The translations under genes and the position numbers were made by a program. DNA of 64,000 nt from positions 91,512,001 through 91,576,000 of the forward strand of contig OZ024742.1 in NCBI GenBank assembly GCA_964016885.1, written 5' to 3'. The notes beneath the pieces were generated by a model. It saw only the letters and a program-made list of their open reading frames with translations. It was not told where the DNA came from and made no database searches. The stretch is from Eledone cirrhosa (lineage: Eukaryota). Positions 13,012 to 25,640 of the stretch are shown piece after piece (the first letter of the stretch is position 1; each line of letters opens with the position of its first letter).

Positions 13012-15735
13012 TTGTTATACTTGGGGAGGGTCATATTTGTGTAATATTGCCAGAATTAATAACAGAACACACTCACTGTTTAGTTGGTTTTTGCTTTTCG
13101 CTTCTGTGTCTTTTATATCGGCAATCTAATTTATTCGCTCCTCAATGTTGCCATTGACTGACCGACGGTCAAAAATAATGCAGATACAATATAGACACAA
13201 ACACATATATATAGTGTATCATAAATCTTTCGTTGCACATCTGCAACATCGTCGGTGGTGCTATTGTTTCCTCCCGTTACATTGTATGTCTACGCCATTT
13301 TTATTTAGTCTGTCTATATATTTATTTATTTATTTGCTTGTTTGTTTATTTATTTTATTTTGTCTTCTTTGCGTTTGCGTGTGTGTATAGTGTTTTGTTT
13401 GATGTGTGTTCGTGATTGGGTGACTAATGTGTGTTTATATGTGTTTGTTGTTATTGTGCTTGTGTATGTATTTATTTATTTATTTATCTATTTATTTGTT
13501 TATTTATACTTCTCTTAGGTCAGTATTGTTTGTTTGGGTGTTGTTATTCCATTCATTCTTTCTGTTTAGTCTTGGCCTTCTAAGTTCTATTTCACTGGCC
13601 TCTCTGATTTGCCTATCTGCTGGGTCATTTCTATGTTTAGATATTATTATAATTTCTATGTTGTCTATGTTACCGTCGTGTCGTTGTCTGGCATGTTCGT
13701 ATAGTACTGACCCGTTTTTTCGTCCTTTTAGTTCCCCCCAGTGTTGGTCTATCCTTTCATCTATGCTACGAGCTGTCTCACCTATGTATGTTGTTGTCAT
13801 GTTTCTGCAAGTACCCTCTGTACATCTTATGATATAGACTACGTTTCTAGTTTTACAGTTTATCCGGGGTTTACCTTACATATGACACATTTCCTATTAG
13901 TACAGTGAGTTTTCTTAAAAGGGTAGGTTTTGCTGATCAGGGATTTTATGGTGGTTCCTGGCTTTTCTACCACCTTAATCTTTAAGTGGGTCTTTCTCAG
14001 GGCCTTTCTACACTGGTTAGCTAATTTCCCTCCAGGGGTAGCGTCCACAAACATGACACTCTGGTATCTCTGGTTGTCGTACCATGAGGTGGCTTTCCCT
14101 ATCTTATGTCTAGCCCTATCTAAGCTATTCCATGATTTGCTCCTGTATAATGGGCAAATTCCTTTCATGTCCAGTTCTATGAGGGTCTTATACTTCTCCA
14201 TGGCTCCTTCGTATACTCTGATTCTGTCTCTTTGGTTGTAGCCAGAGAACTGCATGCGGTTGATGAAGTGTTGGATGTGTCTTTCCATTTCTGTTGGGTC
14301 GCACATGCGGGACACATTCTTCATCACTCGTACCAAATCTGCGATCAGAATATTAAACTTAGCACTACTGGACATTGCTGAGTTTTTGAGTATCAGGTAT
14401 TTGGAGGCCATGGGTTTAGCATAGTGTGAGTGGAGAATTTGGGCTCTCTCGTCTATAGTGTTAATCCAGAGTTCCGTGTCTAATACAGGTAGTCTATTGT
14501 TAGGGTGTTTGGAAGGGAAGTCGATAGTTACAGTTATACTCTGGTGTATGGAATTAGCTATCTGCTGGATGCCTTCCATTGTGCTACGTTCTAAATCAAA
14601 CTTGTTAGTGCTCTCTAGTGGGGATGTTCTTATAACTATATTGATATCGTCTACATAACGAGAGTACATGATGAGGTCTATGGAGCTCTCATTAAGGAGA
14701 TCTTTAAGTCTCCTTTCCCACCATACCATGAAAAGGTTGGCAACCAGCTATGCTGACACCAATGGCTGCTCCCTCATTTGGGGTGTAGATCTTCTCGTTG
14801 AACTTAAATATGTGGTAGGGTAGTTTTGATACTAGCCCCTATTGCATGTGCGACCATTTTTCTTACCTGATTATTGTTTTGGGGGGGGTCCGTATAGCTT
14901 TGGTCCACCCAATCCACCTTCCCATGGGAGTCTTTTTTGCCATTGAGGTTATGGTGGGGGTCTACCTCTTATGGGTCTACTGGGGCAGAAACGTCTAAGG
15001 TCATGGCTGTCTAGGTAGTCAGTGTCGTAGGTAAGTCTAAGTAGGAGGCCCAGTTCGTCTGTGTCGACGTCGCAGAACTCCACCTCACTCTCAATGATCA
15101 TCTCCACACATTATTTCACAGCAAAATTAATGTTAATGGATGGGTACAGTGACACCACATCCATGCTGCCTATTATGCAGTTAGATAGATTCCTGTTTTT
15201 GTTGCACTCACTGATTCTCCTGAGGAGGTCCTCTGTACTGTTACATACATCTGGGGACATCTTGATTATGGGGCCTATAACCATTGAGAGGAAGTAGGAG
15301 ATCCTGTAGTTGCTAGCTATATTAGCTCCGCATACGGGTCTTGTTGGTGATCCTGTTGTCGGGTCGTCGACTGTCTTGTGGTCTTTGCGGAGCCCATACA
15401 AGGGTGGTATGCCATTGTTAGACGCCTGGAAGTTGTTGGCAGTGCGTCTGCTTGGCTTTAGGATGTCAGTCCACATCATCATGTGAGCGTTGAGGATTTT
15501 CTCTCTCCCATCATGTGTTTGTTGTGCAATTTCGCTCGTGTTGGTGATGTGGGGTTGCATATCCTTGATGTAGTTCGGCATGCTATCTATTGACATCCTA
15601 CCAGACTTATCCGTGGGTAGACATACTACCTCACCATCCCTTGTGCGCTGCTTGAGGCTAACCAAGCCTTCTACAGGTTTCCTCCCAAGTTGTTGGGCCT
15701 CTGGTCTGCTCTGTCTCTTAGTATACCGGTCTCTT
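13012..15735 (-). mobile_element. 5'-truncated Penelope-like retroelement (RT + Cys-rich linker + GIY-YIG), frameshifted, with a non-coding 3'/pLTR region
   Basis: ORF pieces 15111-15665 (PTDKSG, LYGLRKDHK, RPV, SMDVVSLYPSI), 13860-14729 (RYVDD, PVLD, CxxxxCxxC) and 13504-13860 (VVY..YIGET..R..QH..REA..PRLN). Confidence 0.92.
13210..13265 (-). ncRNA. PLE hammerhead motif with mutated core (CCGACGA)
   Basis: CCGACGA-T-GTTGCA-gatg-TGCAAC-GAAA-GATTTA; the copies at 45.9 and 47.3 kb have an intact CTGACGA. Confidence 0.6.
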
Positions 15736-15769
15736 AGTATACCGGTCTACTATTTGATAAATTATTCAA

Positions 15770-15990
15770 TGTGGTGGATTTGCAGAATCGTTAAATCATC
15801 GAATAAAATTCCTTGTGATAATCCTTCCGTTTTTTTTTTTTTACCTTCTGAGTTCGAATCCCGCAGGGCCTAACTTTTTCTTTTATCCATCTGGAGTCTA
15901 TAAAATAAATTAGCAGTCAATTACTAGTATTGATACAATCGACTTACCCATCACGCCATTTTCTTGTATTATGCCTAAATTAGAAACAAT
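15770..15990 (+). mobile_element. tRNA-derived SINE family 1
   Basis: gtggatttgcagaatcgtta..ctgagttcgaatcccgc..aattagaaacaatt. Confidence 0.75.
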
Positions 15991-16744
15991 TGTTGCACAT
16001 TAATGATAACATTTTACATAACTTTGGCACAAGATTCTTAATTTTGGGTTGTTGGGTTGGCGGAGGTGAAAGTCGATTTTATCGATTTCATTACATGTCT
16101 AGTATTTTATTTTATCGACTTCCGGAAGGATGAAAAGCAGTGATCTCGATGGGATTTGAACTGAGAACCAAAGAGCAGGTGAGGTGGAGGGGTGGTGCAA
16201 GTCATGGACTTGAAAGGTTTAAGCGGATCATAAACAGCAGCGAACTCTCAGGTTTAGGAAGGATACTGCGAATGATAAAAAAATTTCAACCTAAATAAAT
16301 TTCCCCACTGATATACATAAATTCACCCCGAAATCATAAAATTTCCATAGGCAAAATTTTAATTAATGACTTCAAGTTATCTGGTATGTGAAGTCTGCTA
16401 CCCTATTCTTACTCTAATGTGTCGTCTAGTGCCGCCTAGTGGTCCCGGTCGACAGGATGGAGAGGACGGCGAGGGAGACGAGCTGGAACAGCCACACCAC
16501 CTTGCGGGGATCGCACTTGTGGGCAGTCAACTCCGCTCCGAGAGCAGTTAGAAGGGATGTGGTTCAGGGCCCTTGAACGCTGGATGTCTCCACTACTGTG
16601 GTAGTGATGACAGTGGTGGGGTATTATTTTTGTTTGTTGTTATTTATTCCTCGTTAGCACTATTTGAAGAAGCGTATGATGAAAGTCATTGCAACGAAAA
16701 CCATCACGTACTTTAAGAATTATATCTACGATTACATTATAATC

Positions 16745-16922
16745 GTTTCTACTTTTGGCACAAAGCCAGCAATTACCCCAGTGCATTACTGGTACTTTAT
16801 TTTATCGACCACGTAAAAATGAAAGGCAAAGTTAACTTCGGCGGGATTTGCACTGGGGACGTAAAGGGCAATAACTTTATGCTGAAAAGAATGGTGCCTG
16901 ACGCTCTACCGAGACTGCCACC
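16745..16922 (-). mobile_element. tRNA-derived SINE family 1
   Basis: Reverse complement of the family consensus. Confidence 0.85.
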
Positions 16923-17628
16923 ATTTACATTTCTACTCGGCTGCTTTTTCTACCAGGTCGAGTAATTACGTAGAAAGAAGCCTTACAGTTTGATTTTGGT
17001 GACGGAAATGTTTGTCATTTCTAGTGCCATTGTTGAAGGTTATGTTGTTGTTGCTGGTCGTGATGGTGGTAACTATGCTGGTGCTGGTATTAGTGATAAT
17101 AACATTGGTATTGGAAGTAACAGTGGTGGTGCTAGTGCTGGTGGTGAGGGTAGTCGGGATGGGAGGTGTAGTGGAGGTGATATTAGTGATGGAGATGGTG
17201 ACAGAGACAATGGCGGTGATGCTCGTGTTTTGTAGGTAGTATTGGTAGTAGCAGTGAGGATAGAAATGGCGGTGATGGTGGTGGTGGTGTTAATGGGTTT
17301 CGAGTTGGTAGTAGGGCTAACATTCAAACAGCACAAATATATAAACAAACAAACCCCACTGAAGTCCAGTCTGGTGGCTTTGATAATATTGCCCTAGTGT
17401 ATGTGTTTACATGTGTGTGTGTGTGGATGTGTATATGTGTGGCTGTGAGTGTATGTTTTCTTGTGTATGTTGTGTGTATGTGTATATATGTATGTTTATG
17501 TGTGTGGTGGAAATAAGTACTTGGTCAGAGATGAGTGGAAGGAGAAAGGAGGTTAGAACATAAGGAAGGGGAGGTTGAGAGATAAATAAATAAATAAATA
17601 AATAGATAGATAGATAGATAGATAGATA

Positions 17629-17718
<90 letters not shown>

Positions 17719-17854
17719 GAGAGAGAGATGGCAAGCAGTAGGCAACTATCTTGCAGAGATGAAACGGGCAACTAAAACAGCCAGAAGTTGAATATCCCTC
17801 TCTTTCTCTGTTTTTCTCTCTTTTACCTCATATCTCTCCCCCTATATATATATT

Positions 17855-18140
17855 TCGTTTCTGAATTTGTTTAGCAAGATTCTTTATCTGAAAACGTGTG
17901 TTGAAACCGATATTGTTATACTTTGGGAGGGTCATGTTGCCAATAAGAAACACACGCACCAGTTGCTTTCACTTCAATTTATTATATATTTATAAATTTA
18001 TAAATTTACAAATCTACAAACTTATAAATTTCTGGTGAAAGCAACTGGTGCGTGTGTTTCTTATTGGCAACATGACCCTCCCAAAGTATAACAATATCGG
18101 TTTCAACACACGTTTTCAGATAAAGAATCTTGCTAAACAA
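17855..18140. mobile_element. Palindromic non-autonomous PLE-end element (family B)
   Basis: Near-perfect ~105 bp arms containing gttatactttgggagggtcat, a motif shared with the coding PLE terminus; TA tracts on both sides. Confidence 0.85.
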
Positions 18141-18154
18141 TATATATATATATA

Positions 18155-18685
18155 TATATAAATATATGAAAAAATGGCGTGCTGCGTGGTTGAAAGTGGG
18201 CTACATATGAATAAAATTAGTCCTTCATCAGTGATCTACCAGCCTTCATTGGTATTTCATCGCTTTAAAGATCATATACCTCTGGTTGGTGCGAGCAACG
18301 GCTAAAGAAAGTCGTTGGGACGCATAAAATAGGGTGAAACGAGCGAGGCATGTAAACAAACAAAGATGGTAATGCAACGAAAAGTGAAGAAGAAGAAATC
18401 AAGTCTCTGAAATCGATGAACTTGAGTTCTGTGAAATCGTAGACGAGAGATAAAGACCATCCAACCTGGGAGAAATGTGAGCGAGAAAAGGATTTCGCAC
18501 AGGTCAAACGGGAGGAAGTGATGGAGAGGGAGTAGCAGAGAGTGAGTGAGTGAAAGTGTGAGGAAGAGGCTAACTGAGAGAGTGACTGGCAGAGGGGGTA
18601 AAAAGAAAGTGAGAGATACAGAGAAAGAGGAAGCAGTAAGAAAGAAACAGACGGGTCACAGCGGAGGAAAATATATAAATATATG

Positions 18686-18686
<1 letters not shown>
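18155..18686 (-). mobile_element. Complete ~520 bp monomer of non-coding family A with terminal redundancy
   Basis: Homologous to 47590-48573; atataaatatatga occurs at both ends; flanked by (TA)n. Confidence 0.8.
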
Positions 18687-18747
<61 letters not shown>

Positions 18748-19555
18748 TTTAATACAATAACAGAGATAGTTTAAAGCTAATCTCTGACTGGTAACCATCT
18801 CACTCAACAAACATTAGGTTATATTTTAATATAAACCCAATTTAAGTGTTTGGGGTGCTAACAATATGTATTATGTGGAAAAGCCAGTTGTATTATTTTA
18901 TGAGATATAATTAAAGTTAAAATATATCTCTCTTTCCAAACAATTGTTTCATTATAAGTTTTCTACAAATTCGGAGAATATTTCCAGTTTATGTAGAAGC
19001 CTAATATACATTCATGTAAGAATATACTTAGGTGGGCGTTTATAAATCATCAGTGGAAGCCCAATAAACTTTGATATAAGAAAAACATTTCTTACCACAG
19101 TTAAAAATCGTGTCCGTTTAGTTGCTCCTTCCCGCATCGAATGACCGGCAAATTTGAAATTCCAGCAGTTTTTGACTGAGGAAGTATTATAGCGTCACTA
19201 AACGGGAAGGGGAGACAACTACGATCCACGAAAGGAGGAAAAAAAATAATATACACGCGGGTTAATCAGTTTTTTCGAAAACATTATCAATCCAACGTGT
19301 TAAGAACTCAATTGAAATTAAAAAAATAAATATATGCGTGTATAAATTACACACGCATATAGATATTTTCTTAGGCTAAAAACAGAGGTTGTACCTGAAT
19401 AAGAAACCGCATCTCGTAACCGTATTAAATACGGAAAGTTATGCTTTAAAGGGCAAATGGGAATGTAAATCTCCGGCCGAATTAAGAGTAAAATATAAAA
19501 CACACGCGGGTTAATTAATTATTTCAAAACTAATATCAATTCCTATATATATATT

Positions 19556-19609
<54 letters not shown>

Positions 19610-19976
19610 ATAATGGTAAAATGGTGATATGATGGTGGATGTAGTGGTGAGGGTGATGGTAGTTCTATTTGTGGGGCAGCCAGTGTTTGTTTATTTAATT
19701 TATTGTTTTTTTGTTTTTTTTTATGTAAATTTTCCCCTTATATATATATATATATATACAATATATAGAGAAACACACAGACACATGCGGACACATACAT
19801 AAACATAAATATATCGACTTATATCCTTGAATTAGTGGTGCCAACCTCAACCGATGTTGCTCTATGAATAACTGGGACAAGATACGAGGAGTAAAGAAGG
19901 AGTTTAGGTATGGTATATCTTATTATTAATTATATCTAATGTTTCTTCTCTCTTCATAATATATCTATATACATAG

Positions 19977-20012
<36 letters not shown>

Positions 20013-20020
<8 letters not shown>

Positions 20021-20535
20021 ATACTTTGGGAGGGTCATGTTGCCAATAAGAAACACACGCACCAGTAGCTTTCACTTCAATTTAATATAATAAATTTATA
20101 AATTTAGGAATTTATAAATTTCCGGTTGGTTGGTTGGTTCCACAACCAGATGATTGTTCATATATTGTCAAAGTTCTTTCATCACACATTCTGTGACCTC
20201 TTCAGTCCTACGCCATCTTGTTTTTGTGTGTCACACAAAAACAAGATGGCGTAGGACAGAACAAAGGAGAGGCACAAAAACAAAGAAAAGAATCCCCAGT
20301 CACTGAAGAGGTCACAGAATGTGTGACGAAAGAACTTTAACAATATACAAACAATCATCTGGTTGTGGAACCAACCTACCAACAGGAAATTTATAAATTT
20401 ATTATAATAAATTGAAGTGAAAGCAACTGGTGCGTGTGTTTCTTATTGGCAACATGACCCTCCCAAAGTATAACAATATCGGTTTCAACACACACGTTTT
20501 CAGAAGAAGAATCTTTCTAAACAAATTCAGAAACG

Positions 20536-20538
<3 letters not shown>
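20013..20538. mobile_element. Palindromic family B element with a hammerhead motif in each arm
   Basis: Arm 20013-20206 is inverted relative to 20302-20480; (TA)n on both sides. Confidence 0.88.
20298..20342 (+). ncRNA. Minimal type I hammerhead motif
   Basis: GTCA-CTGAAGA-G-GTCACA-gaatg-TGTGAC-GAAA-GAAC-TT-T(A/G)AC; mirrored copy at ~20167-20206 on the minus strand. Confidence 0.7.
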
Positions 20539-20593
<55 letters not shown>

Positions 20594-23500
20594 CGGGTAA
20601 AATTCCCGAGATCCATGGACGAGTTCTCTCCAGCGGTCTCTGTCCCTCATTATCGCTGCCATATCCTGCATCTCCAACAGACCAGTGTCTGTCCTTAGGG
20701 CATCAACATATGTTAACCTTGGTCTTCCTCTTCTAGTGTGTCCATGTAGGGGCTCCCAAAGGAGCACTGAGTGCAATGTCAACTCTGGATGTCGGTGAGC
20801 ATGTCCAGCCAAGCTCAGTCTCCTCTGTGTCACTTTTGAGCTGACTTTTGGGATGCTCCCATACAGCTCTGAGTTTTTCATCCTCAGTGTATACTGATTA
20901 ATGTTCAGAGCCATCCTCAGCATTCTCGTGTAGCACCCATCCACCATCTGAGTGAGTCTCTTGGTCAGTGTCCAAGTCTCAGACCCACACAGCAGCACAG
21001 ACTCCACTACAGCAATGAAGAGGCGGATTTTCAGGTCTCTACGAAGGTCCGACTTCCACACCGATCTCAAGCTGTGACACGCCGCCCAGGCCCTGCTCTT
21101 CCTCTCAACCACATCATCTTCCGTATTCCCAATCTTTGCTCCCAAATACAGGAAGTCCTCAACCAATTCCAGCGGCTTCCCGCCTACATTAGTGATCCCC
21201 TCTGGCTTCTCAACATTCTCTACCAGATATTTTGTTTTAGTCTCATTCATTCTCAGCCCCACACTCATCGACACAGTTTCAACCTCCCGCATCAAATCCT
21301 CTGCCTCCTTCACTGTATTTGTCACCAAAACTATGTCGTCGGCAAATTCAGCATCCGATACCTTTTTCGCCCCAACTCTCCTGCTCTGAGCCGGTGCTAC
21401 AGTAAAGCCAGAGTCCTGGTGTTTTTCCAGTGCAAGGCACATACAATAGTCCACTACGATGATAAAAAGGTAGGGAGCCAATGTATCTCCCTGGAGCACT
21501 CCAGCCAGTATCTCAAAGAACTCTGTCATCCCATCAGGTGTAATGACTTGGGCTTTGGTGTTGGTGTAGAGCAGTGATATCAGGTCCACTATCCTCTTGG
21601 GGATTCCATAAGCCTGTAAGATCTTCATCAGGCAGTAACGGTCCACAGAATCAAAGGCCTTCCTAAAGTCAATGAAAACCATGACCGCAGGAAGGCACTT
21701 TGCTCTAGCTCCCTCTAATATCCTCCTCAGCATCAGGATGTGACTGGTGGTTGATCTACCCTCTCTGAAGCCGTTCTGGTTGTCCCTGAGCTTCTCCATC
21801 TCAGGCTGGATCCTGTTAAGAATCATCCTGTTGAGGGTCTTTGCCACAAGTGACGTCAGTGAGATCCCCCGGTAGTTGTTGGTGTTAGAGAGATCTCCCT
21901 TCTTTGGCACTGGGACGATGTTACTGATCCTCCACTGATTCGGGGCAACTCCTTTCTCCAGTGCCCCGTTACAGAACCCCAGGATGATATCATCAAAATC
22001 ACACCTCTTCATCACCTCTGATGCCACTCCATCTTCTCCATGAGCCTTGCCCTCCTTGATCTTCTTCTTGGCTCTCTGAAGCTCCTCTCTGGTGAAGGGC
22101 TCTGTCTCAACATCCAGTTCCTCAAACAGCCGCCTGATCTCCCCAGTGCTCTGGGCTGTGGAGGGTGTCTCTCCTAGTAGGGTCCTAAAATGGTCTAGCC
22201 ATTTCCTCTTCCTATCCTCGGGCCCCGTTCCCTGGATCTGACTCGAACACCTTTTCTTCCTCCCTGTGATCTCGTTGATGATCATCCAGCTCTCCTTACA
22301 TCCAAATCTGTCAACCGCTCTCTCCACACTTCTGATCTTCTCTATCAGTGCCTCCTCTCTGACCTCAGTGTAAGCGGTACAGAGCTCTTCCCTCATTACC
22401 TCCACAGTCTCCATCCTCTCCTCCGTAGGATCAGCATAGAATTGGTCCCTGGCAGCTTTCAGGTGTTCTCTGGCTGCACACACTTTTGGGTTTGCAGAGC
22501 TGACGTGCTTCCCTTTGTTCTTTTTCCTCGGCACCAGGGTTTCACTTGCTTTCGCCACTGCATTGGTGAAATGCCCGTACCTCCTCGTCACACTCTCCTC
22601 AGTCCATCCAATCTCTCTCTCCTCTGACTCTCCACACAGAGCACTAAACCTGTTTCTCACTTCCACTGTGAACCTCTCCTGTAGCTTATCATCTTCCTTG
22701 AAAGCTCCCCAGTCATAGATTGTTCTCCGGGGCTGAGCCTTGCTCTTTCTTAAGCTCACACGGACCTCACTCATAACAAGCCGGTGGTCACTACCCAGTG
22801 TACTGAAATAGCTGTATGGTTCCGTGTTCAGAACACTATTCCGCCACTTTTTCCTCACCAGAATGAAATCAATCTGGGACTTGGACAGGTGCATATCTGA
22901 GATGTAGGTCCACATCTTCCCCAGATTCTTCCTAAACCTTAGGTTGGTCGCCATCAAGTTCGCCTCCAGCAGGGTGTCTCTCAGTAGTCTTCCATTTCGG
23001 TTGGTGTTGTTATGGAAGTACCAGCAAGGATCTTCACTGCCCTCCTTACTCAGATGTGCATTGAAGTCCCCCAAAACAAGCAGGATATTGTGTGCCTGAG
23101 TGGTGTTGACAGCTCTACACACCTCCTCATGGAACTCCTCGGCATTCACATTACTGTCCCCCTCGGTTGGACTATAGGCTGAGATGACTGTCAGTCTTGG
23201 GTTTCCATTGAAGGTCACCCTCAACACTCGCGGGGAGATAGGCATTATTTCCCTCACCAACAGATTGGTTTTTGCACTGAACACAAAACCCACTCCTCCT
23301 ACTGCAGCATTTGTTGTGTTCTTCACTGCCGATGTAGTGATGAGCTGGCTCTTCCTCCCGATCATCACACTCCTCACGGGCTCATCGTGTAGAATCCTGT
23401 GTTCTTGGATAGCAAGTATCTGTATACCACTCTCCTCGAACAGATGTCCCAACTCCCCTCTCTTCTCCAGCGTTCGAATAGTCCTCACATTCAAAGTGCC

Positions 23501-23680
23501 CATTTTGATGGCTCTTCTGCAGGACAAAACTGCATTCTCTATATTTGTCTCAGAGACAGCTGATCCATCATCCACTGGCCCTCTCTGTGGCTCTAAGCCA
23601 GCAGAGTCATAACGACCAGGCTGCTCCTTGACAGTGTAATTAGGGGCTCTAACCCTAGTGCTGTTAGATCGACTCTCCAT
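20402..23680 (-). CDS. LINE ORF: APE endonuclease + reverse transcriptase. Native end is ..EFYPP at ~20591; here it reads through (TA)n to 20402
   Basis: GTLNVRT, AIQEHR, SAYSPT, LGDFNA, QIDFILV, SDHRLV (APE); YRGISL, FIDFRKAFDSV, GVLQGDTLAPYLF, FADD, FLYLG, ETWTL, RRGRP (RT); likely ATG at 23680. Confidence 0.93.
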
Positions 23681-23888
23681 ATTTCTTTTCAATGGCTGAC
23701 AATACCTTACCGGCGCCACTCGAATAAGGTAGTTATTTAACCCATAAATGGAGCCCTAACAGGTACTACCACCCCGGGCCAGGGCAGACCTGGGAGTCAT
23801 GACAACTAAGGGGTAACTCCACATTCCCCACATCTCCTGAACTCCCGAACTGGAGCCTTGCCACTGGATGTAGTTTAATGTCATACCC

Positions 23889-23893
<5 letters not shown>
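20590..23893 (-). mobile_element. Apparently full-length RTE-clade LINE inserted in (TA)n
   Basis: ~210 bp 5' UTR plus a single APE-RT ORF; both ends abut (TA)n; clearly higher GC than the flanks. Confidence 0.95.
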
Positions 23894-23928
<35 letters not shown>

Positions 23929-24650
23929 AGCATTTTACCATTATCATTAACAACTTCAACACTACCACCAAAACAATTACGCGTCCTACACCACAACCAC
24001 AAGCAACATCATATTATCACCACCACCATCACCACCACAACTACCACCACCACCATCACTACCATCACCACCACAAAAAACTAAGTCAACAAAACCAGTC
24101 CCCTCAACAAGACCATCCCCATCACCAGTACCTACCACGCCCCCCTCACTAACACGAGGAGCCTAAAGTCTAACCAAGTAATCAAATTTATCACCAAAGG
24201 AGAAATGATAAAAATGGGATAATCGTTTGTAAGCCAGTAAAAGAGCGGAGGGGGTGAGACTGCACTGCATTATGACCTCCCCTCCCTTCGCCGCTTCCAC
24301 ACATCACTGTTTGGACTCCATGACCTCAACACATTGAAACAAAATGGCTGGAAAACAACATAAACAACCTGGTTACTCGCATACTTCCTTTTGTTGTTGT
24401 TTTTCTTTTAGTTTTCGTTTTGGTTGACAGATAGTTAATGATTCTTTAATGCTTTAATCGAAATAACGAGTTTTAGGAAAGAAAATTGTTAGAATTTTTA
24501 AATTTTCTTGCAAATGAAATTAGTTTGTAAGCGGCTCCCATTTGCTCACAATAGTGAGAGATGTAGATATATGAGATTAGACATATAATACAGAGAGAGA
24601 CAAATAGAGTACCACCACGGATGTACATGATAAAATGACAAGTCAGTCAA

Positions 24651-24890
24651 TCATATTGATGGCTTCCCCACAGCACCGGAGGACAGAATGGAGAAGACGT
24701 TTCCCCGGAAGACGGCAAGGGAGACGCGCTGGATGAGCCATTCCAACTCGTGAGGCTCGCACCTGCGACTGGCCAGCTCAGCGCCTATGGTGGTGAGTAG
24801 GGAGGTAACCCTAGGGCCGAGGACACCAGAAGTCTTCACTGCCAAGGGTACGACCGCAAACCTGCCGATGAGCGACCGGTATTTCGAGAT
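24651..24890 (-). mobile_element. CRE-like (RLE) non-LTR retrotransposon 3' relic
   Basis: KYRSLIGRFAVVPLAVKTSGVLGP..LIQRVSLAVFRGN resembles the PLAVET.G..QRIS.A.QRGN C-terminal motif. Confidence 0.75.
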
Positions 24891-25119
24891 GTACTGGTTC
24901 CACTTATTAGATTGCTACCATACAGAGGCACTACTTGGATTTAGTCAACCATATCGGCCACTTGAACATATTCTTTTCAATTTGAAGTGTCGTATAAGAC
25001 ATAAAACAGACTTAGACACAAACGTAACCATAGATATAGATAAACAAACAAACAAACAAACACACACACACACACACACACACACATACCCCCCCCACGC
25101 ATACACACTCACACACATA

Positions 25120-25318
25120 CATACACACACACATACACGCAAAGAAACGCACATATATGTAAAAGCGGTAGAGGTTGTGATGGCAATAGTGGTTAGACAA
25201 ACACACACACACACATACACGCAAAGAAACACGCACACACACACACACATACACGTATAGATACACACATACATATAAAAGCGGTAGAGGTTGTGATGGC
25301 AATAGTGGTTAGACAAAT

Positions 25319-25355
<37 letters not shown>

Positions 25356-25440
25356 CAAAGAAACACGCACACACACACATACACGTATAGATACACACAT
25401 ACATGTAAAAGCGGTAGAGGTTGTGATGGCAATAGTGGTG
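25120..25440. repeat. Minisatellite, 3 units of ~120-130 bp with embedded (CA)n
   Basis: aaaagcggtagaggttgtgatggcaatagtgg recurs at ~25161, ~25277 and ~25407. Confidence 0.9.
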
Positions 25441-25519
25441 ATTGTGCGTAATGAGAATTAGCTATTCGAGAGAAACACTCAACTAAGTATTGCAATATAA
25501 TATCAAATAAAACCTTATT

Positions 25520-25640
25520 TCTTCTTCTTCTTCTTCTTCTTCTTCTTCTTCTTCTTCTTCTTTACCAACCGAGGGGCTCGTTGGGCAGAATCCTGAAAAT
25601 CTCCTTCCAGCGGGTCAAGTCAGAAGCAACCGTCTCCAAC
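25520..25640 (-). mobile_element. RTE-like LINE 3' tip with (GAA)n tail
   Basis: VASDLTRWKEIFRILP resembles the 3' end of the 2815-3556 element; followed by (GAA)n. Confidence 0.6.

Noticed and set aside
20402-20589. C-terminal YIYI..FHFNLL extension of the LINE ORF as a genuine domain
   Set aside because: It is read-through into the (TA)n target and the adjacent family B element; the sister copy at 49491 has the stop codon.
23760-23893. HDV-like ribozyme at the RTE 5' end
   Set aside because: CCTGGG/CCCAGG can pair, but I could not build P1.1, P3 or J4/2 by eye; unsupported.
25120-25440. CRISPR-like repeat/spacer pattern (also considered for 43120-43455)
   Set aside because: The spacers are homologous to each other or are microsatellite; the context is eukaryotic and there are no cas genes.
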